From contig MCFE01000318.1 in assembly GCA_002104905.1 (NCBI GenBank), positions 32,141 to 96,140 on the forward strand: a stretch of DNA of 64,000 bases, read 5' to 3'. Shown in pieces: positions 1-13,798 of the stretch (positions within the stretch are counted from its first letter, which is position 1; each line of letters begins with the position of its first letter). Source of the DNA: Basidiobolus meristosporus CBS 931.73 (taxonomy: Eukaryota; Fungi; Basidiobolomycota). A program made the position numbers and the translations under genes. The notes beneath the pieces were generated by a model. That model had not been told where the DNA came from, did no database searches, and saw only the letters and a program-made list of their open reading frames with translations.

Positions 1-25
1 TGGAATTTTTCCGTCTGCTGAAAAG

Positions 26-3000
26 TTGGATGGATCTAACTACCAAGTGTGGAAGGTGAAGATGAAGATGCTGCTACAAGAAAGAGGCCTTTGGGATATT
101 GTCATGGGAGAAGAATGCCCTCCTAAAAACGTGGGAGAGGAAGCCTTAAAGTACCAGAAGAAAGAACAAAGTGCCTTTAACTGCATTTGCCTTAATGTCA
201 AGGACAAATTGCTAATTCAATGCTCAAGAGCAAAAATGGCAAAGAATGCCTGGAAAGCATTAGAAGACACCTACCAGTCATGTTCAGCTGCCAAGAAAAT
301 GTATCTGAGATGAAAATTCTTTACTACAAAGATGCTACCAGGAGAAGAAATGATAAATCTAATTAACAGAATTACCCTGCTGGTAGATGAGATGGAATCT
401 GTGGGCATACCAACTACTGATGAGGATGTGATAGTGACCATCCTGAATAGCCTGTCAGACAAGCTTCAGGGCCTTGTATCAGCCCTAGAGCCCAGAACTG
501 AAGACTTGACCTTAAATTACATATATGGAAGGCTCCTGGGTGAAGAATTAAGAAAATCAAGCGCCAATAAGAAGGAAGAAGAAAATGCTTTAATAAGCAG
601 TGATAGCCAACAAAGGAGGTACCCAAGACCCTACAAAGGCAACAGCAACCTATTTTGCAACTACTGCAAAAGGAAAGAACACACATCAGACCGGTGTCTC
701 AAAAAGAAAGATAATCAGCAAAAGAAGCCTGAATATGGAAATGCTGCAACAACTGAAGATAGACTAGTCATATCTGCACTAAATATAACCACAAACAAGG
801 ATTCTCAGTTGTGGTACACTGATTCTGGAGCATCCCAACACTTTACACACCAAAAAGAACTATTTACCCAATATCAAGAAATTCCAATTAAGAAGGTTTT
901 CATGGGTGATGATAGAACACTTGATGCAGTGGGAGAATGAACTATCCAAGTAAACCTTAGAAGCAGTGAAGGAAGCCATACACTGACCTTTAAAGAAGTA
1001 CTCTATGTACCAGAAATAGCCAGGAACCTACTCTCTGTAAGCAAGGCCACAGCAGAAGGACTCAATTTCAGTTTTAACAATTGTGGATGCAGGATCACTG
1101 ATCAAAATGGTGCCCATATTGCTTTGGGCATCAAAGATCAGAATCTATACAAGTTGACTTATATTCCATCATATCTGAAAGCCAATATAAGTAACTTAAA
1201 TGAAGAAACACCAATGCTTTGGCACAGGAGATTTGGACACATCAATTTTGATTATTTGCGTAAAATGATCAAAGATCAGCTAATTTCTGGAGTGAAAATT
1301 GATCCCCCAGCTAATTTGGAGCACTGTGAAGCCTGCATATATGGGGAACAAGCCAGACAACTGTTCAAGAGCTCTGGGTTAATGAACACTAAGAAACAAT
1401 TAGATCTAATTCACTCAGATCTGTGTGGACCCATGCAAAATGTATCCTTAGGAGGGATGAAGTATTTAGTCACTTTCATTGATGATTATACAAGATGCAC
1501 ACGGGTCTACTTCATGGAGAGAAAGGAAGAAACTCTGTCTAAGCTCAGGGAGTTTAAAGCCATGGTTGAGAGAGAAACTGGTGAAAAATCAAGAAAATAT
1601 GCTCTGACAACGGTAGAGAATATACCTCAAAACTCCTCATCCACTTCTGCAAAATTCATGGGATAAAGCAAGAGACTACTGTATCATACTCCCCACAGCA
1701 AAATGAAGTAGCAGAACAAGCTAACAGATCAATAATCAATATGGCAAGATCCATGATCCATGATCCATGATCAAAAATTATCCTATGATTTTTGGGCGGA
1801 ATCAGTTGCCACTGCTGTATACCTTAAAATCAGGAGTTATAACAGAATACTTTGTGACTCTACTACATTTGAAGCATGGTATGGATATAGGCCAAGTGCA
1901 GAACATCTAAGAATATTTGGGTGTACAGCATATGCCAAAAAACTGGCCGGAAATCAGTCAAAATTTGAGCCAAAAAGTGTAAAATGCATATTTTAGGGTT
2001 ACTGCAATGAGAGTAAGGCATACAGACTCTACAATACCAAAGCAAAGAAGCTGATCAAGTCCAGGGATGTGTAGTTTGATGAAAATTCAAAATTTTCACA
2101 AAAAATGACATCAGATGGTGTTGAAAATTTGATCTCAAGTCCACCAATTGTCAGGATTGAATCAGAGCAAAACAATGAAAGTTTTTTCACTCCAGAGGAC
2201 TCTACAACCGTTGTTCAGCCAGAATCAGTGCCCAGGAATATGCCAGAAGTGAACATTCCAGTATCAAATGCCCTGAGATCCAATTGGACAAGAAATAGCC
2301 CAAATTACTATATCAATGAGTGTACAAACTTAGCCTATGCCTATTCAGTCCATATTGATGAACCCAAAACTGTAAAAGAGGCCCTAAATAGTCCTCAGAC
2401 AAAGTTTTGGAGATCTGCAATGACAGAGGAATATCAGGCCCGGATGGAAAATCAAACTTGGGACTTAGTCAAATTACCAATCAACCAAAAATCAATTGGA
2501 TGCAGATGGGTCTTCAAGACAAAATACAAGGCTGATGGCACAATTGAAAGATACAAAGCAAGACTTGTAGCCAAAGAATACTCTTGAACAAAAGAACCTG
2601 ACTACACTGCAACCTTTGCACCGGTAGCCAAGTTTAATTCCATCAGATTAATATTGGCTATTGCAGCAAAATATAAGTTTTTTATTCATCAAAGGGATTT
2701 AAAAACTGCATTTTTGAATGGAGAACTTGATGAGGATGTGTATATGGACCAGCCTGATGGGTTTGTTGACCAAGATAACCCCCATTTGGTCTGCAAGCTT
2801 AAAAAGTCACTCTATGGTCTCAAACAATCACTGAGAGCCTGGAATTGCAAGATAGATTCTTATTTGGCATCTTTGAGTTTCAAAAGGAGTAATGCTGACT
2901 ATAGTATATACTATAAGCCAGATAGAGCAAATTCAGCTCTATTAGCTTTATATGTGGATGATCTTATTACAGCCACCAATAACCTAGCAACACTGGAAGA

Positions 3001-3931
3001 GACTAAATACAGCCTATCTAAAGAGTTCAAGATGTCCAATCTAGAAGAACTCAGTTACTACTTAGGGATTAAGTTCTCCATATACAGAAGTACCCAGACT
3101 ATCACCCTAAGCCAATCTAAGTATATTAAAGATATACTAAAGAAGTACCAAATGGAAGACTGTAAACTGGCAGCTACCCCAATGGAAACAAACCTTAACT
3201 TGGTCAAACCTCAACCAAATCAAGAGAGCTTGGTGCCATCTGAAAGCCCTAACTTTCCTTGTCAATCAATGATGGACAGTCTGATTAATATCATGCTTGG
3301 AACATGTCCAGATATCTCATATTCAGTGGGAGTTGTCAGCCAACATAATCAGAACTATGGATCTGACCATATTGTAGCAGTTGAGCGGATTTTTAGATAC
3401 CTAAAAGGAACTGCTGATATCTGCTTAAGATACACTTATAAGAATTCAGGACAAGATCTTGTGGGATACTCTGATGTAGATTGGGGACAAAATGTGGAAG
3501 ACAGAAGATCCACCACAGGATACACCTTTCTTTACTGTAAAGGAGCAATTTCATGGAATTCAAGAAAGCAGCCAACCGTGGCACTTTCTACCACAGAGGC
3601 AGAAGATATGGCAGCCTGTGAAGCTACAAAAGAAGCAATGTGGTTAAGAAAACTTTTTGCAGATTTAGGCCTATGTCAAAAAATGCCAATTACTTTATTT
3701 CAAGATAATCAAGGATGTATACAATTAGGTAGAAATCCAACTTTTCATGCTAGAAACAAGCACATAGATATTAGACATCATTTCATACGTGAAGCTACAG
3801 AGAATAACTTAGTTAGCTTAGTTTACTGTCCTACAGATGAAATGATTGCAGACATACTTACCAAACCATTAACTAGAGACAAGTTTGAATATCTTAGGTC
3901 AAAATTAGGACTAGTCAGTTTGAACATTTAG
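26..3931 (+). pseudogene. gag-pol: copia gag-pol pseudogene broken by stops and frameshifts
   Basis: Motifs seen: gag NYQVWKVKMKMLL, CCHC knuckle CNYCKRKEHTSDRC, protease WYTDSGASQH, pre-integrase LWHRRFGH, integrase IHSDLCGP, RT GCRWVFKTK/YKARLVAK/LYVDDL, RNase H GYSDVDW..RRSTTGY..SRKQPTVALSTTEAE. Confidence 0.95.
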
Positions 3932-3933
3932 CT

Positions 3934-3942
3934 GAGTGGGAG
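3934..3942 (+). promoter_or_regulatory. polypurine tract of Copia-1
   Basis: GAGTGGGAG directly before the LTR start; same motif at 5370-5378 (minus strand) and 61039-61047. Confidence 0.8.
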
Positions 3943-4290
3943 TGCTGTAAAAATTTGTAATTCCACCTAAATACTCCCCTAACTTAGTCACTTAGATCAT
4001 TACCTTCAAATCCTAGAGAATAGTGACCAAATTCCTTGTTGGGATTTACTTAAAATATTTTCACCAAAAAACCAGGTACCCAGAACATGAAAATTTGCAA
4101 AGTTGTCCAAACAGCCCCAAACTTTGCACACATGTTCTTGGGACCTTCTTTAATCTATTCTACGTGTTTGTAATGCCAAGACCATGTAAACTATAAATAC
4201 TACTTTTACATTCAATAAATCATTAATTGAAAACCACATAATCTACTTGTACTCCCAATCACTTCCAATATCTCCAAGACTCTTACAACA
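3943..4290 (+). repeat. Copia-1 3' LTR (348 bp)
   Basis: TG(C)TGTAA...TTACAACA termini; homologous to LTRs at 5021, 19842, 56029, 60327 and 61048. Confidence 0.9.
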
Positions 4291-5020
4291 CATGGATCCT
4301 CAATGTCTTTTGATATTTAGGCTTTGGTAACAGCACCACAGTCTCTCCCTCCCATGTTCTGATAGGTCCTTTTGTAGGCTTCAACTTTGAGCACTGTTGT
4401 TGTGCTTCAGAGACTGTACATTGTTCCTCTGCTATTACATTGGGTTATGCTTAGTTCTTTGCTGTGACTTGGCACTATTTGAGTTCCTTCTTAGCAGTCT
4501 AGATACTGCATTCTCTAATTGGGACATTAATTGCTCTATATATATTACTTACTAATCCTGTCTCTGGACTATTTCTCAATTTCTCTGGGCAATTGGATCT
4601 ATCCTATAAGCCACTACACCCTAATGCCTCTTTGGTATGAGCTTACTGCATACTTGCCAACACTGGGGGTGGTGATGTTACAACAATAACTTGCTAGTCT
4701 TCCACAATAAGTACTGCATTTGCTATATTCCAATCTGCCTAAGCATTGTAGTCAGCTTGTGGCTCAGCAGTGATTCTTAATTGCCTACTTGACTAAGAGC
4801 TTGAGAGATCCACATTATTACCTTTGGTGGGCACACTATCAATAGTGCCTTTTTTGGATGCAGCCCCACTTGTTGCACCAAATGTCAAAGCAAGTTGTTG
4901 TCCAGCTGTTTTCCTGCTGCTGCTTGTGGTAGGGATTAGTTGGGAACTAAACAGCTTTACTTTATTTTTGTGCAGCATACACAAGGATGTGAGTCAAACC
5001 AGATGGTAAACAGTATCATA
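4291..5020 (-). pseudogene. fragment of the CACTA-family accessory ORF (TnpA-like, N-terminal part)
   Basis: Translates to pieces matching 52470-53141 (RKTAGQQLALTFGAT...KKGTIDSVP). Confidence 0.85.
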
Positions 5021-6505
5021 TGTTGTAAGAGTCTTGGAGATATCCAGAGTGATTGGGAGAACAAGTAGATTCAGTAGTTTTCACTTAATGATCTATTGAA
5101 TGTAAAAGCAGTATTTATACTTTTACATTTTCTTGGCATAACATACACATAAAAAGGCTTTAGGAAGGTCCCAAGAGCTTGTGTGCAAAGTTTGGGGCTG
5201 CTTGGACAACTTTGAGAATTTTCATGTTCTGGGTATCTGATATTTTAGTGAAAATATTCTAAGTAAATACCAAGATATAATTTAGTCAGTATACTCCAGG
5301 ATTTGTAGGTAATAATCTAAATGACTAAGCTAAATGAGTATTTTGGTGGAATTACAAATTTTTAAAACACTCCCACTCAACTAAATGCTCATATGGACCA
5401 GTTCTAATTTTGACCTAAGATATACAAGCTTGTCTCTAGCTAATGGTTTGGTAAATATGCTTGCAATCATTTCATCTGAAGGACAGTAAGCTAGATTAAC
5501 TAAGCTGTTGTCTTTAGCTTCATGGATGAAATGATGTCCAATATGTATGTGCATAGTTCTTGCATGAAAGTTGGATATCTACCTAGTTGTATACACTGTT
5601 AATTATCTTGAAATTAAGTAGTATGCATTTTTTGACATAAGCATACAACTTTAAAGTGATTCCTTAAATAAATTGCTTCTTTTGTAGCTTCCTAGGCTGC
5701 CATATACTCTGCCTCTGTGGTAGAAAGTTCTATGTTGGTTGCTTTCTTGAATAATATAGCCATAAAATTGCTCCTTTACAGTAAAGAATGGTGTATCCTT
5801 TAGTGTATGCTTTCTTCTAGATGTCATCCCCAGTTGGCATCAGAGTATCCCACAAGATTTTGCTCTGAGGCCTTATAGGTGTACCTTATGCAAATATTAG
5901 CAGCTCCTTTTATGTATCAAAAATCCACTCAACTGCTGCAATACAATCAGATCCATATTCCTAGAATGCTGGCTGACAACTCCTACTGCACATGAGACAT
6001 CTGAACGTGTTCCAAGCATGATATACATCAAACTATTGTTCATTAGCTGATAAGGAAAGTTACGGCTTACAGATGGTGCCAAGCTCTCTTGATTTGGTTG
6101 AGTTTTGACCAAGATAAGTTTGTCTCCATTAGGGTAGCTGACAGTTTACAGTTTTCCAGATGGTACTTCTTTAGTGTATCTTGAATATACTTGGATTGAC
6201 TTAGGGTGCTAGTCTGGGTACTTCTGTCTATGGAGAGCTTTCTACCAAAGTGGTCACTGAGTTCTCCTAGATTGGACATCTTGAACTCCTTAGATAGGCT
6301 GGATCTAGTATCTTCCAATGTATCAAGGTTATTAGCAGCTATAATAAAATCATCCACACATAGAGCTAATAGAAATGGATTTGCTCAATCTTGCATATAA
6401 TATATACTATAGTTGGTACTACTTCTTTTGCAACTCAAGGATTCCAAATAAGAATCTATTTTGCAATTCCAGGCTTGTAGTGGTTGTTTGAGTCCATATA
6501 GTGAC
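5021..6505 (-). mobile_element. Copia-1 3' portion (RT C-terminus, RNase H, PPT, LTR 5021-5369), inverted relative to the first copy
   Basis: Reverse complement matches about 2806-4290; KEFKMSNLGELS and MLGTRSDVSCAVGVVSQH remnants. Confidence 0.9.
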
Positions 6506-9500
6506 CCCTATGAAAAATAATTTGGTCCCACAGGTGAATCCAATCCAGATCAGCTATTGGGATCCCATTTAGAGACTGTCATAATATCAGCGGCTTGGAA
6601 TTAGTGACCCTCTAAACAATCTTATGACAGGATCACAATGGCATTTTGCTAATTTTACTGCCAAATAAAGTTATAAATCTTGAAAAGTTTTGATTGGTAC
6701 TATGACAATAATTGCATGGCATTGTTGCAGTCTTATTATGCTCTACAACTATTTTAAATGGATCCAACTGGCCAGGAAATCCAATTGCCTTATATGGCAA
6801 AAAACTTGATGGTATTTCAATGGCCTCACAGCAAGACTCTATTGGCATTATTACAGCAGTATGGTGCCCTAAAGCTAGTTCTGTATAATGCTACCATACC
6901 AATTTACCAAATGGTATTTCCTTTCTCTACCTCCCCTTGTGTAATTCATATATTCCACTGTAGCATCACCCCTCTTTATTTGACTACCCATTACTACCTT
7001 GGGTATTCCACATATGGTTTGAATCAAAAAAAACTATGGCTTCCTGTTTACTAACCTCTACAAACACTCACACCTGCTGCAATTGACATACTTCAATCAC
7101 CTCAGCTTTACAGCATTTTGGTGTGATACTTGGAAAGTTGCCATATACCTTGTACTGCTGGTAACATATAAATCTTGCAAACATAAGCTTGATTGTTGCT
7201 ACTTCTGCCATAGGTACCTCCTGAATATCTGCAAAGAACTTCTTGGTATTTTGCCAATAAGCTCCTTTTCACTGCTGGATTCTAGTCCCCCTTATAGGTG
7301 CCTTCTAGCTCTTGTTTGTGTGTATTCTGTATTAAATGGTGTAAAAGTTGGCTTGTGACCAGGAGAAATCCAGTATACCTTTGTAGAGCCTTCCTAATAA
7401 AAATTAGTTGCCTGTTGCACCCAACACAACTTTGCATTACATAACTGATTACCACTCATTGGGGCTGCTTAGCTTCTTAATGCCATAGGCATAGGTGTCT
7501 CCATGTGCACATCTGTCCTCAGCTTTTTCCAACTCTTCCTGGCTGTCCTCCATATGCCAGCTCATCACATCCATGATGGACTTCAAGGTAAGATTCTTGA
7601 TGAGATTGGGATATGGTAGTACCTGCAACTTGACTTGTCTTCCTATTTCCCCACACATCCACTACATAGGAAACTTGAAAAGGTGAAGTAAGGCCCAATG
7701 TTCTCCACACACTGTACAAGATGGAGTAGAGAATGGATTCAGTAGTGGCAGAGATCTATGCGTTCAGCTTTATGTTTGTAGTATAGCCACTCAAATCACA
7801 TTACAAGCTCTTTGCACAACAGCTACAGATGTGGCAAGTTGGCATTGGTGATCTGCCTCTGGATAAGTACTCCTACAATGTCCACATATGGCTCCCAATG
7901 ATTCCAATGTACTCTTGGTAGGAATGGCTTTGGAACCCCACTTGAATAAATACATTTCCAGTTCATCCAGTCTTTGCATTTGTATTGTAGCATATTTGTA
8001 TGAATATTGATTGGATTCTATGAGAAGTACTTAGGGTAGTGGATAATCTGTAATATCTTGCCAACTCTTTCAAATTTCTCCAGTATCTGAAAGGGCTCAT
8101 TTAGCTTGAAATGCCCTATGTATTACTTGGTCATTGGCATAGGGATAATGTTGAAAAGCAAATGCCTTGCTCCCAATGGAAAGCTTTTGCTCCAACATAC
8201 ACCCTCTATCTTAAGTATTTCTGGTTTCCAATTGATTCTGTATTCCAGCCAATGGCTTATAGCTTGCCAACTTTGCTGCAACTGCATGCTAATTTCTGTA
8301 CATTTTCTCTGTGGGAAGATGATGTTCTTAGTGCTGGTGTCTGTGTAGTAGTAATTTGTGTGAGTTGTGGAGTAAATACACCTGGATTTAACACATCTAA
8401 CAGCAAAACTGTCCATTTTGCCCAGAAAAACCTGCTCTCTTGTGAATGGCTGGGGTATCTCCAATGAAGATGCTAATATGTGCTTCTGCATGATGGCCAT
8501 TTACTGTTATCCTGCTGGAAAGCATACAAAATTCATCCAGCAAGGGATACAGGTAGCTATTCAGGTTGAATGGTAATTTAGGCCCAGATACCAGTGAGAC
8601 TTCCGTCAGATTATTGCTCTGATACTGTAAGATGGGTGGCAGATTCAGATTTACCAGGATCAGTAACCAGCAGCATTTGCTGGTGGAGTACTTGTTAAAT
8701 GAGCATCCATCAAGTGCTAAGGCAAAGGCATGGTCATACATACCTTCAGAGTAGCCCTTGCTTATTAGCTGTTTGTAATGTTTGCCATCAAATATATTCA
8801 ACATGTTTGCACTGATTGATTGTGAGTGCAATACTGTATTCCTTTGCACTATTAGTTGGATTGCAGTGGCTTCTTTAGACAGGGTATTTTGGGGATATAT
8901 CTGGAGTGTGAACAACATTTTCCCTCAATGGTGGTGGATTCCTGACAATTTGGACAAGTGGCAATGGTAGCATTTTTGGATGTGAATGCCATGCAACTTT
9001 TAGCACATGCTGGAGTCAGGTCAGTCTCTGGATCAAATGTTGCCAGCTGCATGATGGTTATCCACTTGTACTATGTACATGGTACATTGCATCCTGGAAT
9101 GATTTTGGCAATAAGTAGTAATAAATCCTCAAAGCCCCCAATACTGATATTGGTGGGAACATGCCACTTATCTAGCCACAACATTACATCATTCAACAGT
9201 CAGTGAATTACTGGGCTCACTTGGCTCCATAAAGTATCCATGGCATTTGTTTCAATGGGTGTTATCTCATTGCATCTTGGGATTTGACTGGGCTTATATG
9301 TGGTACTGTTGCTAGGGGAGATAGGCTCACAATCCATCTGTGAGCCTTCTTTGTCAGAGCTATTGCTCTGTGTGTCATATTCAGCAGGCTGTGGTGAGCC
9401 TAAAGGCATCACAGACTTGCCTGCCCAGCTTATGCAAGGTGACAAAGATAGCCAGGTGCCAATATAGAAGTATCAACTGGCCGTTAAGACAATGTTGGTA

Positions 9501-9610
9501 CAGTAGCAACTGATGAATAGTCAAATATGACTTGTTTGGCAAAACACCAGCCTTGATCCTTGTAGTACTTCCTATGCTGTCTGCATGCTTCATGGCTGAG
9601 AGGCTTGATA
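6506..9610 (-). mobile_element. CACTA/EnSpm-like transposon: TIR at 6506 plus degenerate transposase (about 6750-9480), inserted in copia RT
   Basis: CCCTATGAAAAAT terminus; tnp2-type motifs ALALDG, WLLILVNLNLPP, SGPK.P.NL..YLYPLLDE, IGDTPA; DUF4218-type FPMEQMCGE. Confidence 0.88.
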
Positions 9611-10722
9611 TAATAATAACAATTTCACAAAAGACTAAGTCAAAATTTTTCATCTTAACAATATATAAGTGGCTTTTGATTGGTTCCCTGCCAATTTGCT
9701 CGCTCTCTGATCCTGGACACTATCACATTCTACAGTTGTGTGCATTGATTGACTAATGCCTCTTTTTCATACTCCTTACTTCCTTACTCAACTGTTTCTC
9801 TCACTTTTCATGTATACAAATTGATTTATTTCCATTGAAACTTCATTCGAGCCTCAATTGACAATTGTACAGACCTATATAAGTCCCTATACCTTACACT
9901 AACATTAAGCCCAACCTAAACTCAACACAAAACTCCATTAAAATCCACTACTCAATAAGTATTTCTGCTGTTATGCTTTGGTTCCACAACTTTTTCAGGA
10001 ACCCAATGGCTTTATGCCACTGTTAATTCCTTGGTTCCCACATGTCCTGATCTTCAGCTAGCCCTGCAAGGTCTAGCACCTCATCTGCCAGTCTTTGCAA
10101 TAAATCCTTACAATATTCCAGTGCATTTTCTTAAGCACTGCTCTTGCAGAAGTGCTGCAACCTCTTGGTGTGCCTATTAATATTCCAAAATTCCACTGAA
10201 GGCATTGTGATAGTCTTTTGAGTTCTTGCTGTTGTAGCCTTGTCTGGCAGTGGGATCTCCACTCTGTTATAATGGAGGTTGTGGAGGCTTAGTAGTCAAA
10301 TTGCCTTTTTCAGCAAACTCATCTACCTTGCTGGAGTGCAGCTCAACTGGCTGAACTTCCAACTCTTGTGAAGACAGTTGTCTTCTTGTTGGTAATTCTT
10401 CTTATGTATGATGAGGTTCAGTTTGTTCCTGGCTTGCAGCATTAATTGGCAAGAACTGCAGTTTTGTTTGCATGCTTTGCAGTCTCAGGCTTATGTAGAC
10501 ATTTTTCCCTTGACCTTTTCCTTTTTCACTGCCAGATCTTTGACTGCTACTTTGTCTGAGTGGTTCTTGTAATGAACTAGATTTTTCCTTGATAAACTTT
10601 GCTCTAACGCATCTGTATTGGCCTGCTTGTCCCTTGCTGGCACTCTTCTGGCAACCTGAGGCTTCTTTCCTGCTTGTTTTGAGCACTCAACCATAATTGT
10701 GACAGGCTCCTGTAAGAGCTGC

Positions 10723-11522
10723 TGTGGTACGGTAAACATACCCCCCACAGACAAGTTTATTCATATAGCCATTATGATATACTCATCCATATTCTATCTT
10801 ATCAGTATTATCCATTCTTCTTTTGCCCATATTATCAGTATTATCCCCATATGATGTTTACCCTGATTAGTTATTAGCAACAGTTATCCCAGGTGTTATT
10901 CAGCTTTGTGATCAGTATATGTATCTAAATTAGGCAAGTACCCGCGTCAGTACCCATGACACATGACCTAGGTCTGTGTTACCATCCCTACCATTTCAAT
11001 ACCATATATGGTGTTATGTTGCACAGGTTTCAGACTACTGATTGCTGATTGGTTCAATGTGCTGTGCCTTTTAGAACCTTCCAGGAAATTCTTGGCATAT
11101 TTCTAGCTTATAGTGATGTCATCAAAAATTCCACTGATGCCTAGTATCTTCTAGAACCTTGTCATTAGTAATCACTTGGCAATCAGGAAAAGTATTTAAG
11201 GGAAAGCAATCCCTCATCAATAAATCATCCCTTCTATCAGTAACACTTCTACCTTATTGATTAGCAGTTGATCACTGCACCTGCCTTCAACAGAATATCT
11301 CAGACCTGCCATCAAGGAGCTTTTCAGGGTAGTGCACAAGACACACAGAGGCCTTTGGAGACACTTGGAGCACCTAGGAAGCTAGAGAAGCAGGAGCTTT
11401 TACCATAGTGACATATTGACAAAGACACCAGTGGTTTAGACACAGAGGTTATTGCAGCCATCAGACACCTCACACACCATGAGTTCTGTAGCTTCTCCCA
11501 GGAGTACCTCTACACCACCACA
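10723..11522 (+). repeat. LTR-A 5' LTR (800 bp)
   Basis: TGTGGTA.GGTAAAC...TACACCACCACA; copies at 13534, 23340, 26666 and 49532. Confidence 0.9.
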
Positions 11523-11526
11523 TATT

Positions 11527-11544
11527 TGGCACCCAATGTGGGGG
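11527..11544 (+). promoter_or_regulatory. primer-binding site, tRNA-Lys type, CpG-decayed
   Basis: TGGCACCCAATGTGGGGG equals the known tRNA-Lys1,2 PBS TGGCGCCCAACGTGGGGC after CG>CA and CG>TG changes (last base also differs). Confidence 0.8.
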
Positions 11545-11599
11545 GGGGTTTGACTGAACTGCCCCTGGAAACTTAAGAAAGAACAAATTATCAAGACCA

Positions 11600-13455
11600 T
11601 AGATCTACCTTTATCAGGAATGCAAGAACCTCTTTCTTTGATGGAACTAAAGTTAAAGCTTTCATCAAGAGGTGGGAGCTTTTCTGCAGAGCCCGCAAAA
11701 TACCTGAGGCCATTATGGCTGAAGAGATGCCCCCTTACAGCACCAATGAGATCATGCTCTCATTATATGAAAGAAATGATCTGCTGACAAGTTGGATCCT
11801 CCTTGAAGAGCTACTTGATTGATGAATATGGAGAGAGACAAGTTGACTACACACTTAAAGACTTGGAGAGCTTTGCTTAAAGCAAGTTTAAGCTGCTACC
11901 ATTGAAAGAATACTTGAGTGGCCTTGAGCAAATTGGAGAGTCACTGAAAGCCCAAGGAGTTATCACTGATCTTATTTTATCTGCCTACCTTCTCAGAGCA
12001 CAACCAGAAGACCTGGTGAGAAGGATTGAAAACAATGCTACTGTGAAAGCTATGAGTTCACTGCCTGCATTTCAGTTACCTAAGCAGATTTTACTTGCCC
12101 ATGAAGAAACCTCACCAATCAGAAAGCTTCTGTCAAGCTTAGTACAAGACCAAGATAGCCAAGACTTACTTGATCCCAGAATTCAAAGCACTCAAGTTCA
12201 GGAGCTGACACAGCAACTAGAGAAACTCTCTTTGCTACTGGCCAGCAAAACATATGGGCAGAAGCCAGTAGAGAAAGAAGTCAAATATAGATGCATGTAG
12301 TGTGACTCTGCCAGCCATTCCAAGAGAAATTGCCAAGAGCTTCAGTCATTACTATCCACAGGTGATGTCCTATATAGTCCTCAGGGATATATAGTCAGTG
12401 AGCATGGTGACAAATTATCCACAGCATTTGGACAAGGAGGAATGAGAGTTCACTACTAGCAAGTCACCTCTCATTCAAGAAAGGTGCACCTCCATGAAGA
12501 AGAAGATACTGACTACTTTGATCCAGCTGAAGTTCTGAAATTTGACTATGAGGACCCCAGAGAGGCACAAGAGCATATAGCTTCAATTTATGCTTCAAAG
12601 AGACACCATCCTGAAAAAAAGGTTAATCCAGGCCCAGCAACAAAAGCACCAAGATGTGAGCCAGAAGTTGTGATTGAGAAGAAAGCAGCACCCCCACTAA
12701 TTTTACAAGAGTCTGCCAAGGCCAACAACTACCATATGCAGCCTAGAGTCAAGCAAAATGGCTCCCCAGAGGCTCTGACAAGTCATGATACTAGGAAGCA
12801 ACATATCAATCAAGGTTGGAGAGCTACTCAGTGTATCACCATCTGTAAGAAAGACTCTAGATGAGCACATCAGAATAAGAAAGCATCTAATTGAAGCAAC
12901 CCATGGCAACCAGGTCAGGACAGTTCAAGGAAGCCAAGATATCAATAAGCTGCATCAAAGCCAGAAACACTACTACTCAGTGGCAACTGCAACAACTACA
13001 GGAACTGTGCATAATCAAGAAATCCTATGTCATATAGACAGTGGATCTGAGATATGTGTGATGCCTTTGGAGGCTTGGAACCAGCTACCATGCAAAGACC
13101 TATTGCCCATAGACACCAATATCAATTGGAGCATGAAGGATGCCAACTCAGGGCAATCAATGGTTTTAGGAATTATCACAGCTTCCCTCTCATCATTAAA
13201 GGAATACCTCATGAGATCCCAGTATTCATTTGTGCAAAGGCTAACTTTGAATTACTTCTTGGAAGACCATGGGAGGTGAAAGCAAGAGCAACTACAGTGA
13301 ACTACCCAGATGGTTCAGCATGGTATACTATATACTCAGAGAGCCCAGGACTAACAGCAACCTTGTGTGGTGTGGACTCAAACAATATCCAATCAATGAC
13401 ATCATGTAGATTTCTATCCCAAGAAAAGACAGGTGGCCTCATTGAGGATTACTGA
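11600..13455 (+). pseudogene. Ty3/gypsy-type gag plus aspartic protease, degenerate; start approximate
   Basis: FDGTKVKAFIKRWE gag N-terminus; CCHC knuckle CM*CDSASHSKRNC near 12294; ISIKVGELLSVSPSVRK segment resembling fungal DUF4100-type gag tails; protease CHIDSGSEICVM and LLGRPW. Confidence 0.8.
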
Positions 13456-13798
13456 GAGAGCCCTTTGTTCTCCATACTTACAGTAGTTAGCTAAAAAGTT
13501 TCAGGGAACTATTTAGCTCAAGTGGGGGGTGGATGTGGTTGGGTAAACATACCTCCCACAGACAAGTTTATTCATATAGTCATTATGATATACTTATCTG
13601 TATTCTATCTTATCAGTATTATCCCATTCTTCTTTTGCCCATAATATCAGTATTATCCCCATGTGATGTTTACCCTGATTAGTTATTAGCATTAGTTATT
13701 GCAGATGTTATTCAACTTTGTGATCAGTATATGTATCTACATAGGGCAAGTACCTGCGTCAGTACCTGTGACATATGACCTAGGTCTGTGTTACCATC

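Larger units (their letters stand above)
1..4290 (+). mobile_element. Ty1/copia LTR retrotransposon (Copia-1), degenerate; 5' LTR lies upstream of the window
   Basis: Domain order gag-PR-IN-RT-RH, then PPT and 3' LTR. Confidence 0.95.
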
